From the NCBI RefSeq assembly GCF_009914755.1, contig NC_060939.1: a stretch of 64,000 nt of DNA. One strand, written 5' to 3'. The notes below the pieces were generated by a model. The model saw nothing but the letters and a program-made list of their open reading frames with translations, had not been told where the DNA came from and ran no database searches. Both the position numbers and the translations under genes were made by a program. The DNA is from the human T2T-CHM13v2.0 reference genome, Homo sapiens. Each line of letters begins with the position of its first letter. Positions within the stretch are counted from its first letter, which is position 1. Positions 1-16,084 of this stretch are shown one piece after another.

Positions 1-454
1 AAAGAAATCAATGTACTTTATGTTCTTAGCTCCCACAATTTAGCCTAAATATTTGCCCTGGCATGCTTATACTGGTCCAAGCGGGCATTAGGTTATAGCC
101 TGTTCCTCTTCCTTATTTGGAGGTGTTTTTACCTTTCTCAGCATTCCACAAGTTACTTCCTCCTTCCTTTGTTCTCGTCTGCCTGTGCCTCTTTTAAAAA
201 GTTCTAAGTTGCTAGCCAATTGGGACAAATACAGAATGTGAGGTCCCGTACTAGCCAATGGAAACCGGACATAGCAGTAGGGTGGACGCGTCAGGTTATA
301 AATGACTCTGTCTCCTTTGTTTGGTGTACTCTTGTGGTAAAACTGCTGGCGAGTGTACCCTTTCTGCAGAAAGTAAAAATGGCCTTGCTGAGGAAATTAA
401 ATTTATGTTCAAGTGCTATTTCTTTATGGCACCGGGGAACAAGCATTTCTAACA
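1..454 (+). mobile_element. ERV1 LTR of the LTR10 group (LTR10C-like), 5' part outside the window
   Basis: CCAAT 216-220 and 255-259, TATAAAT 297-303, AGTAAA 372-377, terminal ...ttctaaca; resembles recalled LTR10C consensus. Confidence 0.8.
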
Positions 455-689
455 GTGGTCATGGGAAGAGTAAGGAGCCAAATCATATTGTGTGGAGAAG
501 AAAGTGATTCAAAGAGAAAAGGTTAATAAATGAGACTGGTTAAAGCATGCACTGCAGTATTGGAGACACAAAGATTTGGAGGTTATTACTGCAAAATATG
601 ACTTTAAAGTTTTATGTTAGAATTTTCATGAGAGTAAAAGATGTCTTTTTAAAAAAATTACTGTTAAGCACCTAGATGTTTTATGCACA

Positions 690-870
690 TCAACTCTAAC
701 TTTGTGGTAGTCTTGTAAATAAGTTTTACTACTATTTCAATTTTGCAGAGGAAAATATGAGGCTCAGAGAATTTATATAATGTCACCAAAGACAAATCAC
801 ATGTAACTGGAGTTGTCTGGATTCCAGCTCACATATTTTTGATCCAAAATGGATACTTTTCTATTCAGCC
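690..870 (-). mobile_element. MIR SINE relic
   Basis: attttgcagaggaaaatatgaggctcagaga is the reverse of the MIR core. Confidence 0.6.
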
Positions 871-1249
871 ATGCTGCTACCTATGGTATAATGTAATTAT
901 ACCATATTGTCTGATATAATCAGTATCATAGACATCGGAAAACCCTGGAGATGAGGTCCAGCCCTAACATTCTGTGATCCTTCTGATGTCCTAAAAGACA
1001 GGGAAGTAAATTATACATTTTCATGTATATAATTAATGTGAATTGGATTTTTTAAATAAGTTGACAGATTTTATACTCTTTGTCAAAGTTATAATGATAT
1101 TTTTTTGAAATCCTACTATATCCAAAGCAAACGGTTGGATTCTCAGGATATAGGAAAACTTAGATACAGTCTTTGGGCCTTAGAAGTTTATAATTTCAGT
1201 AGGGAGATTAGATTAACATAAAAATGGAAATGTCATGCAAAAGTAGCAT

Positions 1250-1640
1250 ATACAAATTCTTCCAAAGAATACGAAAACAAAGAACACTTCCCAACTTGTA
1301 TTATGAGGCCAGTAAAACCTTTCTGCCAAACCAAATGTGATAGCTTGATACCAAACCTGACAAGGACATCACAAGAAAAGAGAATTACAGGTCAATCTCT
1401 CTCATGACATTGGATACAAAAAATTCTGAACAAAATGTTCACAAATTTAATCTGGTAATATTATAGGCTAATACATTGTGGCCAAGATGAGTTTATTCTA
1501 AGAATTTAAGGTTGGTTTATCATTTAAAAATCAGTGTTATTTACCATATTAACAGTAAAACATGTCATCTTGATATATAAAGGAAAGAGTTTGATAAGAT
1601 TTATCATGCATTCATGATAAAAACTCTTAGCAAATTAGTA
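1250..1640 (+). mobile_element. Old L1M ORF2 fragment
   Basis: Degenerate match to ORF2 ...[26 protein letters not shown]... nucleotide pattern. Confidence 0.75.
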
Positions 1641-1737
1641 GAATTCAGTATAATGACTGCCTTTGGGAATTAGGGAAGAGAAATGATTAGGTAGAGACAT
1701 GAAGAGACCTTCTAGAGTGCTGGCAGAGGTTCATTAC

Positions 1738-1955
1738 TTTTTCTTTTATTGTGGCAAGACCACTTAACATGAGATCTACCCTCTTAACAAAATTTTAAAT
1801 GTATAATACATTATCATTGACTATAGGTGCAATGTTGTAGAGCAGATCTCTAGAGCTTGTCCAGCTTGTTTGACTGAAGCTTTATGCCAGTTGATTAGTA
1901 ACTCCCCATCCACCTCACCCTGCACCAGCAACCATCATTCCACTCTGATTCTAAG
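1738..1955 (-). mobile_element. L1MA/MB 3' end nested in a + strand L1ME-like 3' end (about 1655-2076)
   Basis: T-run then cttaacatgagatctaccctcttaacaaa...agcagatctctagagctt; the flanks join as another L1 3' UTR. Confidence 0.6.
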
Positions 1956-2229
1956 TGCTTCATTTCTTAACCTTGATGGTGGTTACGAGGATGTTTCCTT
2001 TGTGACAAATTATTAAGCTTTATTTTTATGCTTTATATACTTTTCTCTATGTTCTGTACTTCCTAAACATAAAAAATAGCAAGACTTTCTTCAACCCTAG
2101 GATCAACCACTGTTAAAAGATTTTTAATGAATCCTTCCAGAAATACTCTATCCAATGTAATATATACATATGTTTGCCCTTTTTGTAAAACACCCAGGAA
2201 AATTTTATATATAAATATATGTATATATT

Positions 2230-3400
<1,171 letters not shown>

Positions 3401-3671
3401 AATCACATATAGCATAGGATCATTATATGTGCATTCAATTTTATCTTCCTTGAGTTGAAAATACTCTATAATCTCTCATTTCATTTTGAAGTACTTGGAC
3501 ACAGGGAGCCTCATAGACTCAGGGATTTTACTTAGCATCTCTCAGGAGATCTCCACTAAATGGATCCCAGGGTTCTCTTGTCTACTACAGGTGTGACCTT
3601 TTATCTTTAGACGCTTACTCAGAGGAACCAAAACTGTGACTGATTTGCATTGTAAGCAGGAATATTTTTTC

Positions 3672-3756
3672 TTTCTTTCTTTTTTTTTGTGGTGAAAGCA
3701 AGTTTATTAAGCAACTAAAGGAATAAAAGAATCACTACTTCATAGGCAGAGCAGCC
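3672..3756 (-). mobile_element. Polyadenylated retrocopy of a MER41-type LTR R-region with 17-bp TSD
   Basis: TSD agcaggaatattttttc at 3655-3671 and 3757-3773; minus strand reads ggctgctctgcctatg...cttAATAAActtgctttcaccac plus A-tail. Confidence 0.8.
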
Positions 3757-4086
3757 AGCAGGAATATTTTTTCCAATAGCATTTGTGCAGTAAGACATAC
3801 ACTTTTGAATCATGAATAATGTAACTTACCATCTGTTTAGCACTTGGAAAGTTTCAAAGAACTGTACCATGATCCATATGATAGGCCATTTAACTCTGTT
3901 AAGTAAGGTACAACTGCCAACTTCTTAGACCAGAGCCCTGCCTCTCAGAGACTTCCTGGAGCCTAGCTATAGGAGTGTTTACTTAGGACTCTAGACTTTA
4001 TGTTATATCAAAGAGATATGGAAGATTTCACTTTTATAGTATATTAACATTGTCCCCATTTCATCTTTGGACCTTAAAACACCAAG

Positions 4087-4117
4087 CATCATCATCATCA
4101 TCATCATCAACAACAAC
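4087..4117 (+). repeat. (CAT)7(CAA)3 microsatellite
   Basis: Read directly from sequence. Confidence 0.95.
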
Positions 4118-5111
4118 TACACAAAACTGTTGAGGGGCACAGTCATTGGGTGGATAGGCTTAGGTTCATTCAGCCCTTCTGGATCTTGGGTCAGCCACTG
4201 GTATTGACAATAGGGATGAATTTTCAATCTTGAAGGACATATAAATTTGTTAAGAATAAAAGAAGTGCAGTTAGTCTGGCAAATTGTAAATAACCTTAAA
4301 ACTTTTCTCCCTAAAGAGAGATGATTGTATCACTTTCTTATGAGCATCTTTACAGTGCCTGACATAAAGGAGGCAAGTAATTGGATTGGGTTGAATTAGT
4401 GAACTACCTTCATCTGTAAAGCAGCCATTTTCCCCTAGTGTTAGTACTATATTTGGATGAATTAACAACTGGTTGTTAATTTTGACTGTATTTATATAAA
4501 TTAAAGTGAAGCAAGACCCTGTGGAATTTATTTGTGACCATCAAAGACCATAAATCTCTTACATTTTAAGTAAGTTACAGAGAAAGTAAAATTGGTGATG
4601 AGTCCTGTGGTTACAAAGGCATTCAGAGATTATCTGATTATTTCTTCTTCTGATAAAATTATGTTATTGCTTTGTAAAATATAAGCAAAAATCTAAGCAA
4701 TCAGGACTCTTTATGCTGTCAAGACCTTTTCATTGTAATGAAAGTGCTCCTTTTTATTTTTATAATTTAATTTGTATTTATATTTATTTTCATGACAAAA
4801 TATTTTAATTCTCATCAGGTTTTATAAATAGTTCTTCAAATGTCACTATGGTTTAAATTTGGTGATAAAGCAGAGAATTTGGATAAAAGAAAATTTGGTG
4901 ATAAAGGAAGAAATTTATTGGAAAAATTTAAAAGATGTAGATTTTTTAGGGATAGTTCACAGAAACCTATGTGTTAATGCAGGGTGCTTTTATATTTAGA
5001 AGTTTTCATTGATTTTCTTCAATTATTTGGGATAATATTGTTACCTATTGACAGCGATGTTACATCTCTCACACACACATGATTAGATGTATTGTTAATG
5101 TACCACTTAAA

Positions 5112-5850
5112 ATTTTTTTCCAACTTTTAATTATGAGAAAATTTCAAAAGGATAGAAGAGGCAAGAATAGGCAATGAACATGTATGTCTTTCACATAGAT
5201 CCTTGGAAACATTTTGCCACATTTGCTTTATCTTTCTCTCTACTTTTTTTTCTGAGCCATTTGGGAATTAATTGCGGACATCACCTCTGAGTACATCAAT
5301 ATTCATCCCCTCAAAGCAAGGCATTCTTTAATATGCCACACTATATCATTGGAACATTTAACATTGATATAATATTATTATCTAATATGCAGTTCATATT
5401 CAAATTTCCCAATTGTCTCAATAGTAATGTCCTTTAGAACTTCTTTTTCTTGTTCTTTTTCTTTCTTTCTTTTAATTTTTTCTGATTGAGAATTTACTTA
5501 TTCAAGATAATTGAATACATTCTGGATCTGAAAAATTAAAAAGAAAGGAATTAAATACTACTCATAATAATACTCAGTTTTACCAATAATTGGATTTAAT
5601 TAATATCATCATTGCATTTAGTTTTTTTTTCATTTTTTTAGTTTACTTTATTTTAGAACAGTTCCCCAGCATTTTTTTGTCTTTTATGACACTGACAATT
5701 TTGAAGCGTCCAGGCCAAATTTTTTTGTTCAAATTTCCTGAATTTGGATTTGTCAGACGGTTGCCTTATTATTAGATTGAGACTAAGGTTTTTTGCCCCA
5801 AGAATACTGTATAGGTGATGGATGTCCTTCTTGGTGAATTGCATCACATG
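5112..5850 (-). mobile_element. L1MC4/5-like 3' end relic
   Basis: aacattttgccacatttgctttatc, ttcaaatttcccaattgtctcaata, tttatgacactgacaattttgaag motifs. Confidence 0.6.
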
Positions 5851-8139
5851 GTTTCTGTTTCTCCAATTGTACTTAACATTATTTAATACACAGAGATAGG
5901 TAGAGATCTGCTGTCTATCAAAATAATGCCATAGTTTAGGTATGTCATATGAATTCCCTTTTATAAAGGTGGAGTTTTTGTTAATAAAAGTTCTTTAAAA
6001 GTGTATTAAAAGTGATGATAGAGACTATAACATAGTCTTCTATTACATGTTTTAATTAATAATGCATGTTTGTCAAATGAGTGAAAAATAGCAATGACTT
6101 AAAAATCACAAATTCTCAATTTTGTCAAGGAATTTCAATTCATTATTGCACTGCTATTTAAGTCTGTTCATGTTCTTCATTGTTTTGTTTAGGAAACAAA
6201 ATGTACTAAGCTTGGAATAAACTGTTTGAGATGTCTAACATAAAAATAACCAAAGCAGATGTAATTTTATACTGCCACTGTGTATATAGGGTTACATTAT
6301 TTCACTTGCAGTCACTTAGGGTTTGTATATATCACATTTCAGTATAATGACATGGGCAGGCTCCAAAGAAAATACCAAGCAACGCGAATTTGGTTTGACT
6401 AACAAATATTTACATGTCTTTGTGTCTGTAATTATTGTAATCTTTTAAGGGGTTTATGCTACACAGGCTTAATTCTCTAGAGCTCTGTGTTAGATTAAAA
6501 GAGGCTGATCAGTAGTATATATAACTGTAAAAATGATACTGTAGCCCGTCTAGATAAATTGGTATAAGCCAGAGCTTCTGCAGGGAACAGGTGGACTTAA
6601 GAGAGCCCTGACATGGGCAGATAGCTGCCTTTCATGTGCATGCTTTCTTATGTGTTTTAGCCTTTTCTTTCTTTCCAGATGGGTGGTGTTGATGGAACCA
6701 TCATTTGATTGTTATTTGATCTTTTCAGGTTTCTCTAGTCATGTAGTTAGCACATTGGAAGCAAGAAAAGATAAACAGTACAGTCCTTTCCTCATCTATA
6801 GGAGGCAGACAGATAGTTGTATTGCTGGTACTGAACCATTCACGTATATTTGCTTACTCAGTACCATCCGTGTCAATTTGCAAGCTTTAGCCAGATGTAA
6901 TTGGTTAAATAGATTCTCCCCTGTTGCCCCCTTGATTAAAGCTCCTTGGCCTGTAAGATGTCAATATCCTATTAACTTTTAACTTCACTATAGCGCTTCT
7001 TAGTTTGTATTGTAAAGATGTTTCCCTCTAGACCATCATGGGGTTTTCAAGCATAGAGACTATTTATTTTTTAAATGTTTGGATCCCCATAGACTCAAAT
7101 CACAACTGATTTAGATCAGGCAGTATGGTGCCTAACTGAATTAATTAAAAAAATGTAATCTCATTTGCAACATAATTTCCTGGTGATGACATAAATAATT
7201 ATTTGAGTTTTAACTTGAGATTCTATCAATTTTACAATTTGGTTTAATCCAGAGGATTTATTCATTTATCCACATTGACTGAGGAGTTATTATGTTCCAG
7301 GCAGGGTTGATCCACTGGTCTCTCTCCTGCCTCTCTTATGGCTGATGTCTATTCTGAGTTGTTGGTGTCTCTGCCACACTGGCTGGTGACTGTCATTATT
7401 AGTTTTAGGCATTTGTGCTAGTTGCTGGGTTCCGCCTAGTTGCTAATAGGCTTTGTCTGTTATATACAGACATAAATCCCATAAATTTAAGCATGTGAAT
7501 TAGTAAAGTTGTCATAGTAACAGTTCTAGTAAAGACTGTTCCTCTTGGATGTCACACTTGAACCCGCTGAATTTTGTCACCTGCCTCTTACATTCTCAGA
7601 TGAAGGAGTTATTACACAGGGAGGTGGTAAAGGAGCAACAGAGGCAAAGAAATGGGATGCACTCATATAATATAATTGGCTACCCAAAATGGAGATGTTT
7701 CTAAAGGCATAAATATCTCTGGATGCATGTGGAAACCTCTCTTTTATCCCTGATTGTATTCTCCTTTAGTGTAAAGAATAGGCATTACATAGCTATTATA
7801 ACTAGTAAAGTTAGAGTTTTTGTTTATCAGAAATTTAAGATCAATTAAATATTTTCTAATTAAAGTGTTGTAGTTAAAAATTATAAATATTGACTGAACA
7901 CAATGGCAGTGAGAATACAGTTTTCAAGTGTGAGTTTTAGCACTGAGGGCTAGTTCATGAGCTGGGTGTTCCCAAAGCCATGGGTAGAAGTAGGAAATAC
8001 AGCACAACATCTTAAATGGGTGAAACTATATTTCTTAATAACCCTAGGTTTTTCCTGATCTCATTAGAAATGATTATATGTTCCTTAAAATTTTTTTAAC
8101 TGTAAAAGCAATATATTCTATTTTATAAGATTATGGATT

Positions 8140-8228
8140 ATTTTATTTAATTTTAATTATAATTGTAATAAAATAACATTTTATTTAATTTTAATTATAA
8201 TTATAATAAAATAACATTTTATTTAATT
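8140..8228. repeat. AT-rich 38-bp tandem repeat, 2.3 copies
   Basis: 8140-8177 and 8178-8215 differ by 1 base; partial third copy follows. Confidence 0.9.
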
Positions 8229-8364
8229 AGAAATTAAAGAAAATTATCCATAATCTTATACAACCAAATATTGGACTCACAGTCACCTTAAGTATTGTGA
8301 GGAAAATAAAATCTTTGTATCTTTAAATATTACAACTCAAAGAGACTACATTTAGCTCATATGT

Positions 8365-8720
8365 TGATTCAATTAACAATTTTTAATAACATATCTATTT
8401 TGTGTCAGGCACTATTCCTGGCACTGGGGTAGAGCAATTACTAAAATGCAGTGCCTGCTCTCATGGAGCTTACAATTAAGTGGGGAAAGAAGGGTGATGG
8501 AAAAGAAATAAGTGAAAAGATAACCTAAAGTGTTAAAAGCCTTGAAGAAAAAGCAGGGTTTGAGATGGAGAGTGGCAGGGGGTATTAGTATATTTTAAGG
8601 AAGTAAGGGAAGTTCTGTCTGATGAGGTAACGTTTGAGCAGAGATTTTGGGATAAGGGCATTCCAGACTGAAGGAATGGTGGATATAAAGATCCTGAGGT
8701 GGTGGGATATTGATGCACTA
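8365..8720 (-). mobile_element. L2 LINE 3' relic
   Basis: tgtgtcaggcactattcctggcactgggg...cctgctctcatggagcttaca. Confidence 0.7.
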
Positions 8721-9022
8721 ACTATATGCTAGGCTTTTAAAATCCTAACAGTGACACAATGAAGTAGGTAATTATTATAATTTGTATTTTGCAGAGAAGG
8801 AAACTTACATGCTTTAACCACTGTGCTATACACCCACATGATGTAATAGAGCAGAGAGTTAAAGTATGTAACTCAGGTCCCAGGAGGCCAGGAAAAGTTC
8901 CCCAGAGGAGTTGCTCCTTGAATTTAGTTGTAGTGAAAGAGCAAGTAGAAAATGAGAAGGGTTTAGAATTCTGGTCTGTTTTCTCCTGTTACTATATCCC
9001 CAGAAGCACATTTATTTGGAAG

Positions 9023-9023
9023 C

Positions 9024-9099
<76 letters not shown>
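9023..9099. repeat. Compound microsatellite (AT)8(TG)15(AG)14
   Basis: Read directly from sequence. Confidence 0.97.
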
Positions 9100-9335
<236 letters not shown>

Positions 9336-10040
9336 TACATATATATATATGTATACTAAAAATTGATAAGCTATAGAGGAGATGATCATAGACCTCAGGG
9401 AAGGATAAAGTGAGTAGTTCCATTATTTATTTTATTTTATTATTATTATACTTTAAGTTTTAGGGTACATGTGCACAATGTGCAGGTTAGTTACATATGT
9501 ATACATGTGCCATGCTGTTGTGCTGCACCCATTAACTCCTCATTTAGCATTAGGTATATCTCCTAAAGCTATCCATCCCCCCTCCCCCCACCCCACAACA
9601 GTTCCCCAGAGTGTGATGTTCCCCTTCCTGTGTCCATGTGTTCTCATTGTTCAGTTCCCACCTATGAGTGAGAATATGTGGTGTTTGGTTATTTGTTCTT
9701 GTGATAGTTTACTGAGAATGATGATTTCCAATTTCATCCAGGTCCCTACAAAGGACATGAACTCATCATTTTTTATGGCTGCATAGTATTCCATGGTGTA
9801 TATGTGCCACATTTTCTTTTTTTTTTTTAATTATTATTATACTTTAAGTTTTAGGGTACATGTGCACAATGTGCAGGTTAGTTACATATGTATACATGTG
9901 CCATGCTGGTGCGCTGCACCCACTAACTTGTCATCTAGCATTAGGTATATCTCCCAATGCTATCCCTCCCCCCTCCCCCAACCCCACCACAGTCCCCAGA
10001 GTGTGATGTTCCCCTTCCTGTGTCCATATGTTCTCATTGT

Positions 10041-13869
<3,829 letters not shown>

Positions 13870-13917
13870 TTATTTTGCTTGTTAGTTGATGCAGTTTCTT
13901 CCTAGTCTCGATGGTCT

Positions 13918-14937
13918 TTACATTTTGGCATGATTTTGCAGCGGCTGGTACTGGTTGTTCCTTTCCATGTTTAGTGCTTCCTTCAGGAGCTCTTTTAGGG
14001 CAGGCCTGTTGGTGAGAAAATCTCTCAGCATTTGCTTGTCTGTAAAGTATTTTATTTCTCCTTCACTTATGAAGCTTAGTTTGGCTGGATATGAAATTCT
14101 GGGTTGAAAATTCTTTTCTTTCAGAATGTTGAATATTGGCCCCCACTCTCTTCTGGCTTGTAGGGTTTCTGCCAAGAGATCCACTGTTAGTCTGATGGGC
14201 TTCCCTTTGAGGGTAACCCGACCTTTCTCTCTAGCTGTCCTTAACATTTTTTCCTTCATTTCAACTTTGGTGAATCTGACAATTATGTGTCTTGGAGTTG
14301 CTCTTCTCGAGGAGTATCTTTGTGGCGTTCTCTGGATTTCCTGAATCTGAACGTTGGCCTGCCTTGCTAGATTGGGGAAGTTCTCCTGGATAATATCCTG
14401 CAGAGTGTTTTCCAACTTGGTTCCATTCTCCCCATCACTTTCAGGTACACCAATCAGACGTAGATTTGGTCTTTTCACATAGTCCCATATTTCTTGGAGG
14501 CTTTGCTCATTTCTTTTTATTCTTTTTTCTCTAAACCTCCCTTCTCGCTTCATTTCATTCATTTCATCTTCCATCACTGATACCCTTTCTTCCAGTTGAT
14601 CGCATCGGCTCCTGAGGCTTCTGCATTCTTCACGTAGTTCTCGAGCCTTGGCTTTCAGCTCCATCAGCTCCTTTAAGCGCTTCTCTGTATTGATTATTCT
14701 AGTTATACATTCGTCTAAATTTTTTTCAAAGTTTTCAACTTCTTTGCCTTTGGTTTGAATGTCCTCCCAACGTAGCTCAGAGTAATTTGATCGTCTGAAG
14801 CCTTCTTCTCTCAGCTCGTCAAAGTCATTCTCCATCCAGCTTTGTTCCATTGCTGGTGAGGAACTGCGTTCCTTTGGAGGAGGAGAGGCGCTCTGCTTTT
14901 TAGAGTTTCCAGTTTTTCTGTTCAGTTTTTTCCCCAT
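13918..14937 (-). CDS. L1 ORF1p, open, 339 aa (one extra codon)
   Basis: Full ATG-to-TAA frame; REKG, ARR and YPAKLS motifs intact. Confidence 0.92.
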   Translation of the reverse strand: MGKKLNRKTGNSKKQSASPPPKERSSSPAMEQSWMENDFDELREEGFRRSNYSELRWEDIQTKGKEVENFEKNLDECITRIINTEKRLKELMELKAKARELREECRSLRSRCDQLEERVSVMEDEMNEMKREGRFREKRIKRNEQSLQEIWDYVKRPNLRLIGVPESDGENGTKLENTLQDIIQENFPNLARQANVQIQEIQRTPQRYSSRRATPRHIIVRFTKVEMKEKMLRTAREKGRVTLKGKPIRLTVDLLAETLQARREWGPIFNILKEKNFQPRISYPAKLSFISEGEIKYFTDKQMLRDFLTNRPALKELLKEALNMERNNQYQPLQNHAKM

Positions 14938-15968
14938 CTTTGTGGTTTTATCTACTTTTGGTCTTTGATGATGGTGATGTACAGATGGGTTTTTGGTGTG
15001 TATGTCCTTTCTGTTTGTTAGTTTTCCTTCTAACAGACAGGACCCTCAGCTGCAGGTCTGTTGGAGTTTGCTAGAGGTCCACTCCAGACCCTGTTTGCCT
15101 GGGTACCAGCAGTGGTGGCTGTAGTACAGCGGATTTTCGTGAACCGCGAATGCTGCTGTCTGATCGTTCCTCTGGTAGTTTTGTCTCAGAGGAGTACCCA
15201 GCCGTGTGAGGTGTCAGTCTGCCCCTACTGGGGGGTGCCTCCCAGTTAGGCTGCTTGGGGGTCAGGGGTCAGGGACCCACTTGAGGAGGCAGTCTGCCCA
15301 TTCTCAGATCTCCAGCTGCGTGCTGGGAGAACCACTGCTCTCTTCAAAGCTGTCAGACAGGGACATTTAAGTCTGCAGAGGTTACTGCTGTCTTTTTGTC
15401 TGTGCCCTTCCCCCAGAGGTGGAGCCTACAGAGGCAGGCAGGCCTCCTTGAGCTGTGGTGGGCTCCACCCAGTTCTAGGTTCCTGGCTGCTTTATTTACC
15501 TAAGGAAGCCTGGGCAATGGCGCGCGCCCTCCCCCAGCCTGGCTGCCGCCTTGCAGTTTGATCTTATACTGCTGTGCTGGCAATCAGCGAGGCTCCGTGG
15601 GCATAGGACCCTCTGAGCCAGGTGCAGGATATAATCTCCTGGTGTGCCGTTTTTTAAGCCCGTCGGAAAAGCGCAGTGTTGGGTTGGGAGTGATGCGATT
15701 TTCCAGGTGCTGTCTGTCACCCCTTTCTTTGACTAGGAAAGGGAACTCCCTGACCCGTTGCGCTTCCCGAGTGAGGCAATGCCTCGCCCTGTTTTGGCTC
15801 GCGCGCAGTGCGCTGCATCCACTATCCTGTGCCCACTGTCTGGCACTCCCTAGGGAGATGAACCCAGTACCTCAGATGGAAATGCAGAAATCACCCGTCT
15901 TCTGCGTCGCTCACGCTGGGAGCTGTAGAGCGGAGCTGTTCCTATTCGGCCATCTTTGCTCCTGCCCC
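14938..15968 (-). promoter_or_regulatory. L1 5' UTR: internal sense promoter, antisense promoter (fires on + strand) and retained 129-bp segment 15066-15194
   Basis: CpG-rich L1 5' UTR, YY1-type core AAGATGGCCG at the 5' end; about 1030 bp long, i.e. the pre-deletion form. Confidence 0.85.
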
Positions 15969-15989
15969 AGTAGTTCCATTTTTTTTTAA
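15517..15989 (+). pseudogene. L1 ORF0 remnant (frameshifted after codon 4)
   Basis: ATG 15517 (gcaATGg); one C missing versus the MAGAPPPAS consensus gives TGA at 15559-15561; the ORF0 frame (CCAGNQRGSVGIGPSEPGAGYNL...) stays open 15558-15989. Confidence 0.8.
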
Positions 15990-16084
15990 CTGAATGGAAC
16001 AAAATGTTTGAAATTGTTTGAATGTTTGAATATTCTTTGGGCTTCTGTGAAGATAAAATATTCCAAAAGCGCCTGTGAGTTTTT

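Noticed and set aside
455-480. Primer-binding site or proviral body after LTR10
   Set aside because: Sequence after the terminal CA does not match a tRNA 3' end I can recognise, and no gag-like sequence follows.
6655-6735. Strong acceptor ttttctttctttccag and the 110-aa ORF 6650-6982
   Set aside because: No good matching donor and no similarity to GALK2 or any protein I recognise.
15558-15989. 143-aa + strand ORF as a new gene
   Set aside because: It is the L1 ORF0 frame starting at TTG; the real ORF0 ATG is out of frame.
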